NCBI GenBank assembly: GCA_018901655.1 | Contig: JAHIEG010000004.1 | Span: 4,267 to 68,266 of the forward strand | From: Nanobdellota archaeon | Lineage (GTDB): Archaea > Aenigmatarchaeota > Aenigmatarchaeia > Aenigmatarchaeales > Aenigmatarchaeaceae | Direction: 5' to 3' | DNA: 64,000 bases | Part shown: positions 29,279 to 38,491 of the stretch, in pieces | How positions within the stretch are numbered: the stretch's first letter is position 1 | Layout of the letters: each line of letters starts with the position of its first letter | Position numbers and translations under genes: made by a program | Notes under the pieces: model-generated | What the model was told of the DNA's origin: nothing | The model's database searches: none | What the model saw: the letters and a program-made list of their open reading frames with translations, nothing else

Positions 29279-30120
29279 AAAACTTTGATACAAAAAAAAC
29301 CAATACTTGGTGTCCAGGATGTTTTAATTTTGCTATTCTTAATTCTATGAAGGAAACCCTAACAAACTTAGTTAATCAAAAGAAAATTAAAAAAGAAAAT
29401 ATTGTTTCTGTTTGTGGAGTAAGTTGCGCAGGAAAAATATTTGACTACATTAATGTAAACGGTTTCTTAAGTTTACATGGAAGAGTAATTGCTTCTGCAA
29501 TTGGGATTAATATCGGTAATCCTAATTTAAAAATAATTGGATTTTCAGGTGATGGTGAAACATATTCTGAAGGTTTAAATCATCTAGCACAAGCAGCAAG
29601 AAAAAATATTGATATGACTATGATAGTACATGATAATCAAGCATTTGCATTAACAACAGGACAACAAACCCCAACAACAGAAATAGGATACAGAGGGAAA
29701 TCTAATCCTAGTGGTACGTTTGACAAACCATTAAATCCAATAAGTTTTGCTCTAATATGTGGTGCTACATTTGTAGCAAGAACAACAGCAACTAACCCAA
29801 AACATATGAACAAGGTTTTTGAAGAAGCAATTAAACATAAAGGTTTTGCGTTTGTAGAAGTTTTACAACCATGTATAACGTTTCATAATAATATGGACTA
29901 CTTTAGAAAAAACATTTATGAAATAAAATTAAATGACTTTGACGGAGCAATGAAGCTTGCACTTGAATGGGATTACAATTTAAATGGAGCTAAAATACCA
30001 ATTGGTATATTTTACAAAGAGAGTAGAAAAACTTTTGTTGAACAATTACCAAACAAAGGTCCTTTCTATAATATTAAAAGAAGTACAAAAATTAATAATC
30101 TGATTAACGAGTTTAAATAA
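29269..30120 (+). CDS. korB: 2-oxoacid:ferredoxin oxidoreductase, beta subunit (TPP-binding)
   Basis: TPP motif …FSGDGETYSEGLNHL… and conserved Cys (…CPGC…). Confidence 0.85.
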   Translation: MEIKNFDTKKTNTWCPGCFNFAILNSMKETLTNLVNQKKIKKENIVSVCGVSCAGKIFDYINVNGFLSLHGRVIASAIGINIGNPNLKIIGFSGDGETYSEGLNHLAQAARKNIDMTMIVHDNQAFALTTGQQTPTTEIGYRGKSNPSGTFDKPLNPISFALICGATFVARTTATNPKHMNKVFEEAIKHKGFAFVEVLQPCITFHNNMDYFRKNIYEIKLNDFDGAMKLALEWDYNLNGAKIPIGIFYKESRKTFVEQLPNKGPFYNIKRSTKINNLINEFK

Positions 30121-30141
30121 ATTAGTTTTCTAATTTTTAAT

Positions 30142-30720
30142 ATGCGAATAGGAATAGACGTTGATCAGGTTTTACTTGATATTCTACCACCACTGTTAGA
30201 ATATCATAATGAAAGATATGGAACAAATAGTAGTGTTTCTGAACTAGCATCACGTAATTTGGCGCAAGTATGGAATTGTGATCAAAAGGAAACATTAAAA
30301 AGAATTCACGATTTTTATAATACAAAATATTTCAATAAAGTCGTCCCTATTACAGGAGCAGTTAAATCTGCTCAACAATTAGCTAAAAATTATGAATTAT
30401 ATACTGTAACTTCTAGAACAATAAAACATGCAGACAAAACAGTTAAACAAATCGAAAAACATTTCCCCAATATTTTTGATATGATACTATTTGATAATGA
30501 ATATAATAATGACACCATTGATATTCGTAAAAAGATTGAAGTTTGCCAAGATTATAATCTTAAAATTCTAGTTGATGATCATGCTAAAAACCTTAGAGAT
30601 ATTCCTTCTAATATGACTGGTATTTTATTTGATAGGCCCTGGAATCAAAAAGAAACTCCTAAGGATGTAATTCGTGCTTATGATTGGAAAGGTGTTATCG
30701 AACTAATAGAAAAAATATAA
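30142..30720 (+). CDS. HAD-superfamily 5'(3')-deoxyribonucleotidase-like phosphatase
   Basis: N-terminal …IGIDVDQVL… (DxD HAD motif I) and C-terminal …VDDH… motif. Confidence 0.6.
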   Translation: MRIGIDVDQVLLDILPPLLEYHNERYGTNSSVSELASRNLAQVWNCDQKETLKRIHDFYNTKYFNKVVPITGAVKSAQQLAKNYELYTVTSRTIKHADKTVKQIEKHFPNIFDMILFDNEYNNDTIDIRKKIEVCQDYNLKILVDDHAKNLRDIPSNMTGILFDRPWNQKETPKDVIRAYDWKGVIELIEKI

Positions 30721-30991
30721 TCGTTTATTCTTAGTGATCTTCACGCGCTATTGACTTTTCTCCTGAACTCTCACATTTTAGGGTGGGTCATTTTTTGTTT
30801 TGTCTAAAATCTTATATTCTATAAGATATACTTTATATAATATATATAGAAATATACCCATTAAGACATATACCATACGTCATAACTATTTAATCATATG
30901 TTATGAAATATATCTTTTATAACATATATTCTATAACACGCTTTTTACAACCATTACATTTTTACTATTTCATAGGCACTAATAACTACTA

Positions 30992-31330
30992 TTATTTTAC
31001 ATGACTATGAAAGTCTTGCACAGTTTTTGTCATAAACCCTAAAAATCGATCAGGCGAAAGATAATAATGGGTTTTATACTTCTTTTTACCACCGTCTTCA
31101 TAAACTCTTTTCTCCTGTATCAACTGTACTTTCTTAAGTGGATTAACAACGAAATAAAACGTACGTTTAGGCTTCTGGTACTCAGTAAACCCTATATCAA
31201 GTGCTTTACACAGCTCTTGATAGTCCATAGATTGTTCGGTTTTAAGGATCTCTATAACTTTTTGAGCCATATCTCTAATATGCTTATTACGTCCAGATTT
31301 TCCATACAACCAAGTTAATAAATCATTCAT
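30992..31330 (-). CDS. hypothetical protein (islet gene)
   Basis: ORF. Upstream region carries two CAAGTGTC repeats. Confidence 0.4.
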   Translation of the reverse strand: MNDLLTWLYGKSGRNKHIRDMAQKVIEILKTEQSMDYQELCKALDIGFTEYQKPKRTFYFVVNPLKKVQLIQEKRVYEDGGKKKYKTHYYLSPDRFLGFMTKTVQDFHSHVK

Positions 31331-31508
31331 TTTATCACCAAATATATTAGATTAACATCAAGTGTCCTTACTATAAAATTAGACCAAACTTGTATTTATA
31401 GATATGTCTATGGAACACATATCTGTGCAAATTAGCTTGATTATACGATATTGAAGATACTTAACTATTAGATATTAACAACAAGTGTCTTAATATTTTT
31501 CTAAAAAA

Positions 31509-31877
31509 TTATTTTGAAGTTTTAATAATTTTATTGATCTTGGCTGAAACTGCTTCCCTACTCGGTACTCTAACTTTATCAAATTTTCTTTGTAATCCTT
31601 CAAAATCGTGTGCAATATCAGTACCCAAATCTGTTAATTTTACTATCTTTATCCTGCCTTTTTTATCAAAACTTACTAAACCAAGATTCTTAAAATTGTC
31701 TAATACTTTAACTGTATGAGAATATGTACAATCAACAGATTTTGCAACTTGTGTTGCATATCTTACAGAATCTTTTTTTAAAGAAATAAGCATTTTAACT
31801 GGCTTTGAATGCAAAAATAATACATCAAGTTGATTTTGGTCTTCTTTTTTTATTACCATACTATTAGCCCCTAACAC
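31509..31877 (-). CDS. winged-helix transcriptional regulator (MarR/ArsR-like)
   Basis: …YATQVAKSVDCTYSHTVKVLDNFKNLGLVSFDKKGRIKIVKLTDLG… HTH + wing. Confidence 0.55.
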   Translation of the reverse strand: MLGANSMVIKKEDQNQLDVLFLHSKPVKMLISLKKDSVRYATQVAKSVDCTYSHTVKVLDNFKNLGLVSFDKKGRIKIVKLTDLGTDIAHDFEGLQRKFDKVRVPSREAVSAKINKIIKTSK

Positions 31878-31888
31878 TAATTTGTTTT

Positions 31889-31906
31889 AACACTTATTTA
31901 AGTGTT
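31889..31906. promoter_or_regulatory. perfect 8+8 inverted repeat AACACTTA-TT-TAAGTGTT overlapping the promoter of the wHTH gene (candidate auto-operator)
   Basis: Seen directly. Half-site AAGTGT also occurs at 31358..31367 and 31481..31490 (ATTAACA-N-CAAGTGTC direct repeats). Confidence 0.45.
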
Positions 31907-32064
31907 TTCTATATACACAATTATAACTAATATAACATATATGTTTTAATATATTTATAGTTTTATATGTTATAGTATATGTGCTTTTTATTATAATGTT
32001 TATAATAGATACTTTATAATATATATTATTTAGGATATCCTTTTAAAGTTGATAGATTAAACTC

Positions 32065-32868
32065 TCACATTTGGTATTTTGAAAAATATGTTATAATACT
32101 GTTCCAAATTTTTCTTGCATCGTCAATATTTGTCGACTTAAATGTGCCTTCACCCATAATGACCAGATAGACAATATATCTCCACCTTGGTTCAATCAGT
32201 TCTATTTTTGTTCTTCTACCACATTTGATTTTCTTTATTATATTAATTTTTTCCAAAACTCCTAAAGAAGAATACAGGTCTAACTTATTCGAAAGTTTGT
32301 AACCTTCATTTTCTATAAAATCTGAAACTGTTTCATACTTACCGACTGTCAATAAACTTAGAAAGTGGTACAGGGTTGAAGGGAATGTACTCCTTTCCTT
32401 TATCCAGTATTTATTGAACATATCATCTAAAATTTCAAAAAATATTTCCTCTTTACTATACTTACGTTCTAGAAAACCATTTAATTTGTTCATATGTTCA
32501 AATGGTAAAAATAAATCAAATATAATATTTCCATATATTACATTCGTTGCTGAATATCTCCCAGATGCCCTTTTAATTATTAAAATATTTCTCCAATTGT
32601 CTTTAGGATATATTTTTTGTAATAGTTGGTTTCTAAACGTTGCTTGGGATAGCATGTTCCTAACATATGTTGGATCCTTTTGTTTGTTACCCAAATCATC
32701 TATCCACTTTATTTCTAACATAATATTATTATATAAAAGAAAGTCTGGTTTAAACTTCCCTATAACCTGAACACTTGTTTTATAATTTATTTTGTTGATT
32801 TTTAGATATTTTTCAACCTCCATTTCTAATGCTCTGTAAGGTTTTTCTTTTATAGTATTCATAAACAT
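32065..32868 (-). CDS. PD-(D/E)xK nuclease-fold (DUF559/Vsr-like) N-terminal domain + C-terminal winged helix; hypothetical
   Basis: …KFKPDFLLYNNIMLEIKW… (D…ExK), then a C-terminal HTH-like segment. Confidence 0.45.
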   Translation of the reverse strand: MFMNTIKEKPYRALEMEVEKYLKINKINYKTSVQVIGKFKPDFLLYNNIMLEIKWIDDLGNKQKDPTYVRNMLSQATFRNQLLQKIYPKDNWRNILIIKRASGRYSATNVIYGNIIFDLFLPFEHMNKLNGFLERKYSKEEIFFEILDDMFNKYWIKERSTFPSTLYHFLSLLTVGKYETVSDFIENEGYKLSNKLDLYSSLGVLEKINIIKKIKCGRRTKIELIEPRWRYIVYLVIMGEGTFKSTNIDDARKIWNSIITYFSKYQM

Positions 32869-32963
32869 ATTATGATGTATATGTTTAAATGTTTAATTTT
32901 ATGATATATGTTGTACAAATGTGAAGGTTAAAAGTTTTTCATTATAATTATAATTGTGAGAAT

Positions 32964-33327
32964 ATGATAAATTGGAAAGATTGCCCCTACAGGGGTAAGG
33001 GGTTTTCAGATGAAAATGTATGTATAATAGATCCAGAACACTTTACAATAGATGATTTAAAATTCGATAAAATAGAAGCTGATACATTAAAAAAAAAGGT
33101 CTGGAATAGAAAAATCTTGGAGAATCTATCGAAATAATATCAAACGTATCTACAATGAGTGCCCCCATTTATCTAAAAGTGCTATATATAATAAAGAAGA
33201 AAGAATAGCTTGGTTTTTAGATAGTATAAAAATATATGAAAATGTTCAAAAGGTCATCCCAAATGAGAGCATCGTAGAATTAGGTATGAGGTGCCCGTGT
33301 CTATATCCAAATAAATATCAGGAATAG
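32964..33327 (+). pseudogene. Cys-containing small ORF broken by a +1 frameshift in an A8 run (33090..33097)
   Basis: Frame A is MINWKDCPYRGKGFSDENVC…DTLKKK. Frame C continues …SGIEKSWRIYRNNIKRIYNECPHLSK…RCPCLYPNKYQE*. Removing one A fuses them (about 120 aa). Confidence 0.35.
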
Positions 33328-33339
33328 TATATTCTTACT

Positions 33340-33543
33340 ATGGATTTACCATTAGCTCCTATTGAAAAAATGCTAAAAAGAACTCATATGAGAGTTTCTG
33401 ATGACGCAATCAAAGAATTTACAAAACTTTTAGAAGAAACAATAGCAGATATAGCAGCTGAAGCAGCAACCAGCGCAAAATCCCATAAAAGAAAGACGAT
33501 ACAAAGATCTGATATTCTTGACGCTAAACGGAAACTACTCTAA
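33340..33543 (+). CDS. archaeal histone (HMf family, histone fold)
   Basis: 67 aa: …LPLAPIEKMLKRTHMRVSDDAIKEF…AEAATSAKSHKRKTIQRSDILDA…. Confidence 0.9.
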   Translation: MDLPLAPIEKMLKRTHMRVSDDAIKEFTKLLEETIADIAAEAATSAKSHKRKTIQRSDILDAKRKLL

Positions 33544-33614
33544 GGGGTAAACAATTTATAAAGATTGGGTTACATTATAATATTACATTGTTACGACATG
33601 TACTGGTGGAATGA

Positions 33615-34592
33615 ATGGATGCTGACATAATAATAAAAAAAATAATAGAAAATACTGGAAAGTGTTTTGAAGAAGTTAATAGAACAATTCTAAATAAACA
33701 ACAAGAATTATCAAATTTAGTTTCTAAAGATGGTGCTGCATATATCGTTGCAAAAGAAATGGGATTGGATCTCTTTGAAAAAACTCAGAGAAGATTAGAA
33801 ATTAAAAATGTTGTTTCGGGAATTAAAAACCTCAATCTAAATGCAAGAATATTTCGAATTTTCCCACCTAAAGAATTTGAATATAAAGGAAAGAAATGTA
33901 AGGTTGCTAATGTTATACTTTCTGATGAAAGTGGAACAATAAGGATGTCTTTATGGGATACTCAATTAGATTTACTAGAAAAAAATAAACTAAAGGTTGG
34001 TCAGGCAGTTGAAATTTTTGGTGCATATACTAGAGACAATAGCGGTATTCCAGAAATTAGGCTTAGTAGACGTGGTGGAATAAATATTCTAGAAGATTCT
34101 GATATTCCGTTTGGAACAAAAGAAGAAATGGTTAGAACGGACATTTGTAATATACAAGAAGGTAAAAAATATGAAGTTCGTGCTGCTTTAGTTCAAATAT
34201 TTAATACTGGGCTTATATATGAAATGTGTCCAACCTGTAAAAAACGTGTTAAAAAGGAAGGAAGTGAATTTGTCTGTGAAACAGATGGGAAGGTTAAACC
34301 AGAATATCTAATTGTATTAAACGGTGTAATCGATGATGGTACTGGAAATGTTAGAACTGTATTGTTTAGAGATGATGCGGTTAAAGTTCTTGGAGTAGAT
34401 TTAGAAAAAATAATTGAAATTGGGCCTAGCCTGTTAAGTGAAGTAAAAACACTTGGTAAAGAATTTATATTTGAAGGATCTCTTAAAAAAAATAAAATGT
34501 TCAATAAAAGTGAATTCGTAATAAGTGGAATTAAAGACGTAAATGTAAAAGAAGAAGCTAATACGATAATAAACAGTCTTAGTAAAAAATAA
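33615..34592 (+). CDS. rpa: replication protein A (RPA/SSB) with OB folds and a Zn ribbon
   Basis: OB-fold blocks and a CPTCKKRV…CETDGK zinc ribbon. Lies next to radA. Confidence 0.75.
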   Translation: MDADIIIKKIIENTGKCFEEVNRTILNKQQELSNLVSKDGAAYIVAKEMGLDLFEKTQRRLEIKNVVSGIKNLNLNARIFRIFPPKEFEYKGKKCKVANVILSDESGTIRMSLWDTQLDLLEKNKLKVGQAVEIFGAYTRDNSGIPEIRLSRRGGINILEDSDIPFGTKEEMVRTDICNIQEGKKYEVRAALVQIFNTGLIYEMCPTCKKRVKKEGSEFVCETDGKVKPEYLIVLNGVIDDGTGNVRTVLFRDDAVKVLGVDLEKIIEIGPSLLSEVKTLGKEFIFEGSLKKNKMFNKSEFVISGIKDVNVKEEANTIINSLSKK

Positions 34593-34644
34593 TATTGTTA
34601 ACTTGGTTTAACTATTAAAATCACATAAAAATGAGGTGAAAAAA

Positions 34645-35742
34645 ATGGGGAGAAAAAAAAGAGAAGAAATTATAGAAACGGATGAAACAAACGAAGAAGT
34701 ATCAGAAGAACCGTTTGAAGAGTCAGATGAACCTGTTGAAATAGAAGAAGCTATAATAAACGAATCTATTCTTCTAAAAAGTTCAGGTACAAAAATTAAA
34801 GACATTAGTGAAATTCCAGGTGTTGGCGGCGCAATTGCAAAAAAAATAAAAGACGCTGGATTTGTTGATATGATGTCATTGGCAGCAGCATCGCCTGCTG
34901 AGCTAGCAAATGCAGCTACTGTTGGAGAAGCAACTGCAATAAAAATAATTGCAGCAGCTAGAGAAACTTTAGATATTGGATATGAAACAGCAGACAAGAT
35001 TATGATAAAAAGAGCTGCAATGGAAAAAATAACAACTGGTTCTAAAAACTTAGATGATCTTCTAGGTGGTGGAATTGAAACAATGGGAATAACAGAAGCA
35101 TATGGTCAATTTGCATCTGGTAAATCTCAATTAGCATTTCAACTCGCAGTCAATGTACAACTACCAAAGGAAAAAGGTGGATTAGAAGCTAAGTGTTTAT
35201 TTATCGACACTGAAGGAACATTTAGACCAGAAAGAATATCACAAATGGCAATAGGACTTGGATTAGATCCAGATAAAGTTTTGAAAAACATTGTCGTTGC
35301 AAGAGCTTACAACTCTAGTCATCAAATAATTCTAGCTGAAAAAGCAGGAGAAATTATTAGAGAAAATAATATCAAACTAATGATAGTTGATTCTATAACA
35401 GCAACATTTAGAGGAGATTTTACTGGAAGAGGAACATTAGCAGCAAGGCAACAATCATTGAATAGACACTTACACACCTTACAAAGATTAGCTGATGTAT
35501 ACAACATTGCAATCTATTATACAAATCAGGTAATGTCAAATCCAGGAATATTGTTTGGTGATCCAACAAGACCAATAGGTGGACACATTATTGGACACTT
35601 TGCAGACACAAGATTGTATTTGAGAAAGTCTAAAGATCAGATCAGAATTGCTAAATGTAAAGATTCACCAAATCTACCTGAGGCGGAAGCAGTATTTTTA
35701 GTTACACCAGAAGGTCTTACTGATCCTAAAGATAAAAAGTAG
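34645..35742 (+). CDS. radA: DNA repair and recombination protein RadA with an acidic N-terminal extension
   Basis: HhH (…IPGVGGAIAKKIKDAGF…), Walker A GQFASGKSQ, Walker B …LMIVDSITA…. SD GAGGTGA lies 5 nt upstream of ATG 34645. The track starts at GTG 34636. Confidence 0.9.
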   Translation: MGRKKREEIIETDETNEEVSEEPFEESDEPVEIEEAIINESILLKSSGTKIKDISEIPGVGGAIAKKIKDAGFVDMMSLAAASPAELANAATVGEATAIKIIAAARETLDIGYETADKIMIKRAAMEKITTGSKNLDDLLGGGIETMGITEAYGQFASGKSQLAFQLAVNVQLPKEKGGLEAKCLFIDTEGTFRPERISQMAIGLGLDPDKVLKNIVVARAYNSSHQIILAEKAGEIIRENNIKLMIVDSITATFRGDFTGRGTLAARQQSLNRHLHTLQRLADVYNIAIYYTNQVMSNPGILFGDPTRPIGGHIIGHFADTRLYLRKSKDQIRIAKCKDSPNLPEAEAVFLVTPEGLTDPKDKK

Positions 35743-35775
35743 CTAAAGCTAGTTTGAAAACTAAAAATAATTAGT

Positions 35776-36036
35776 TTAAACTATATCTTTTTCAGCAATG
35801 ATTACAAAGTCGCCAACAGATCTTACTGCTGAAAATGGTATTAGTAATCTTCCTTTATCGTCTTCAGATAATTGTAATTCTGATGCTTGTTTTGTTGGTT
35901 CTGCTAAAACAATATTCATAAGTTCTCCTGATTCTGTAATGAAAACTATATCACCGACTACTCCAAACTTTCTTCCAGATTCTTCTGATACAATAACTTT
36001 ACCAATCATCTGTTTTGCTCTTGCTTTTGTCTCCAT
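35776..36036 (-). CDS. PRC-barrel domain protein
   Basis: …GKVIVSEESGRKFGVVGDIVF…, a typical PRC-barrel. Confidence 0.6.
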   Translation of the reverse strand: METKARAKQMIGKVIVSEESGRKFGVVGDIVFITESGELMNIVLAEPTKQASELQLSEDDKGRLLIPFSAVRSVGDFVIIAEKDIV

Positions 36037-36088
36037 AAGTTCACCTCTTAATAATAATTTAATAACAGCTTTACTATATAAATTTATG

Positions 36089-36649
36089 TTATTTGTTTAA
36101 CTTCTTTACCATTTTTATGATTTTAACTTCAAGCTGCTTTTTAGTACCATTATTATCAATTTTGTATTTAGCTTGTCTAATTAGTCTTTCAAGTCCTCTA
36201 TGTTTTTCCGATATATCCCTATTTTTAATATATTCTTTAGTCTCGTCTTTACCAAATCTTCCTCTTTCTAATTCTCTTTTTAACCTTGTTTTAAAATTAC
36301 ACTTAATTGTAATAACAGAAACCTTATGATCTAGTAAATCTTCTAAAACTTGTAATTGGTCTATGTCTCTAAAACCCTCAACAATTATTAATTTCTTTCT
36401 AGATCTAACGATTTTTTCAAATACTTTTTGAACTAAAACAGCTTCTCGTCCGTACTGATGAAACCAATGAGCAACTGCTGCATCTGCTGTAGGAGAATAT
36501 TTTAATCCTTGTCTTTCAATCTCCTCTCTAATTATATCCCCAGAATGGATAGTTTTTGCTCCAAGTTTTTTCTTAACAAAATCAACTGCATAAGTTTTAC
36601 CAGATCCTGGAAGACCTACAATTAAAATAATTCTTTTGCCTTTTGTCAT
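36089..36649 (-). CDS. P-loop nucleotide/nucleoside kinase family protein (adenylate-kinase-like fold)
   Basis: …IILIVGLPGSGKTY… Walker A, about 186 aa. Confidence 0.55.
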   Translation of the reverse strand: MTKGKRIILIVGLPGSGKTYAVDFVKKKLGAKTIHSGDIIREEIERQGLKYSPTADAAVAHWFHQYGREAVLVQKVFEKIVRSRKKLIIVEGFRDIDQLQVLEDLLDHKVSVITIKCNFKTRLKRELERGRFGKDETKEYIKNRDISEKHRGLERLIRQAKYKIDNNGTKKQLEVKIIKMVKKLNK

Positions 36650-36684
36650 AATAGAATTAGACAGGTGTCATTAATAATATTATT

Positions 36685-37032
36685 TTATTCTGGAAAGCCT
36701 TCATAAAATTTTCTTGAACTATCTGGTTTCATTTTCTGTGCTACCATTAAAAACCCATATGTCTCTGCTGCTGGTGATGCAGCATCAATTCTTCTTCCAA
36801 CCATAATTTCTATTGCTGACCACATATCATTTATTCCATCAAAATATAATGCAGCTTCTACCCTTTGCTCTCTTGTTAAATTATCCAAATCAACTTCAAC
36901 AGATGTATCTTTTGAATATGTTTCGAGTAACATTGATACATATCCATCAATTGTTTTTGGATCATTTATTTCTTCAACCATATTATTATTTACTACCCAA
37001 AGGTATTTAAATAGATAACTATGCTTCAACAA
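36685..37032 (-). CDS. hypothetical protein
   Basis: ORF only. Confidence 0.35.
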   Translation of the reverse strand: MLKHSYLFKYLWVVNNNMVEEINDPKTIDGYVSMLLETYSKDTSVEVDLDNLTREQRVEAALYFDGINDMWSAIEIMVGRRIDAASPAAETYGFLMVAQKMKPDSSRKFYEGFPE

Positions 37033-38107
37033 ACATTGTTTTTACTTTAGGTGTTAAAGAATACATAAATGTCTTTCCTCTTGATTCTCTTTGAACAAAC
37101 CCGTCTAACATTAGTCGATGAAGAATATTATTAGTTGATCTAATTGCGTGTCCTTTTGTCTTATAGGACTTAAAATCAAGCTTTTCTATAATCAGAGACG
37201 GTGTAACCCAATTTTCATTAGATAAAAGTTCAACTATTTTTCTCTGTTTGTATGGAAGACTCTTAATTTGATCCATTGATGGTGGTTTAGGTGAAAAATA
37301 AACAACTGGTTCATCAACTCTCACATTTTGCGGTGTGAATTCCCTTAATCCATCAACATCTGATGCATCTATTACTTTTTTATCAACTCGACTAATTAAT
37401 TTATCACAGTGTTTTAAAACTTCTCTTGGAAATCCACCTGTTCGATGATAAATCTTATCAATTGCATCTTCTGTAAACGGAATCGTGCCTGAACCTCCTA
37501 CAGATTCAATTCTCTTTCTTATCAAATCTCGAGTATCGTCTCTTGTAAGTGATGTTAAGGTTATTCTATTAGTTATTCTTTGATCTAAGGTTTCAAGTTT
37601 CTCTTTTAACATTTCTTCAAGAACTGGTAATCCAGCCATTGTTAGACTAACATTATCTATTTGATCAACTGTTACTCTTAACCATTCTAAAACATCTTTA
37701 TTAGTTTCGTGTGCTTCATCAAGTAAAAATACCAAATGGTTGCCTTTTAGCTTATTATTTATATATTTTGGTAAATTATGTAGATTTGGTTTCTTTTTTA
37801 ATATTTTTTCCCAAAACGTTAATGGAAAAGCATCTAATGCTATGTCTACAAACATATCTGGATTTTGAGGCGGCTTACTTACATAGAACACATTTTCTCT
37901 AATATTATATTCAAGCCACTTTAACATAGAAGTCTTTCCAGAACCTGTATTTCCAGTCAAAAGAGCTACTTTATGCTTATTTTCTATATGATTCATCATA
38001 GCTTTTACTTGTTCCTCATACCCAGTAAATAACTTAGGATCTATTGTAAGTACAAAAGGATTCGATTTCCAATTCCATTTAGTTAAATTGTCTTGCATCT
38101 TAATCAA
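37019..38107 (-). CDS. AAA+ ATPase with C-terminal winged helix, Orc1/Cdc6-like (possible second initiator paralogue or Arch_ATPase family)
   Basis: Walker A GNTGSGKTS, Walker B LVFLLDEAHE, C-terminal wHTH …RKIVELLSNENWVTPSLIIEKL…. Its start abuts the repeat array. Confidence 0.55.
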   Translation of the reverse strand: MIKMQDNLTKWNWKSNPFVLTIDPKLFTGYEEQVKAMMNHIENKHKVALLTGNTGSGKTSMLKWLEYNIRENVFYVSKPPQNPDMFVDIALDAFPLTFWEKILKKKPNLHNLPKYINNKLKGNHLVFLLDEAHETNKDVLEWLRVTVDQIDNVSLTMAGLPVLEEMLKEKLETLDQRITNRITLTSLTRDDTRDLIRKRIESVGGSGTIPFTEDAIDKIYHRTGGFPREVLKHCDKLISRVDKKVIDASDVDGLREFTPQNVRVDEPVVYFSPKPPSMDQIKSLPYKQRKIVELLSNENWVTPSLIIEKLDFKSYKTKGHAIRSTNNILHRLMLDGFVQRESRGKTFMYSLTPKVKTMFVEA

Positions 38108-38142
38108 TTATATATTTATTTTCAGATATTTAAAGCTTTTTA

Positions 38143-38420
38143 GTTCACGTGAAGTTCATGTGAACATTTCGTGAAGGTTTCACGTGAAGTTGCTTTGTTT
38201 TTGTTAAAAAATCATATAATTTTGATTAAAAATGAAATGTGTGTTTTCGGCGTGAAGTTCATGTGAAGTTCACGTTACCTTCACGTGAAGGTCTAAATGT
38301 TCACGTGAACATTTATCAGAATGTTGAAATTACAATGCCCAATAAGTCGGTTTTGAGAGATATTCACGTGAAGTTCACGCGTGAAGATGTGAAGGTTTCG
38401 TGAAGAACAAAGTGAAGGTT
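38143..38420. repeat. array of about 12 copies of the palindromic motif (T)TCACGTGAAG(G/T)T in direct and inverted orientation (ORB-like), with an A/T-rich stretch; candidate replication origin or initiator binding platform
   Basis: Seen directly: GTTCACGTGAAGTTCATGTGAAC, TTTCACGTGAAG, a perfect 20-nt palindrome AAATGTTCACGTGAACATTT (38297..38316), ATTCACGTGAAGTTCACGCGTGAAG, and others. A/T-rich 38193..38245. Confidence 0.6.
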
Positions 38421-38491
38421 TAATGAATAAATGCAATTAAAATACCTTAAAAATAGTCTCTCATGATACTATAGATTAACCATATGTTTAT

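Noticed and set aside
30769-32071. 13-nt direct repeat AACTCTCACATTT at 30769 and 32059, which could be taken for att sites of the islet
   Set aside because: A single 13-mer match is expected many times by chance in 64 kb of A/T-rich sequence. There is no flanking extension of identity and no integrase gene.
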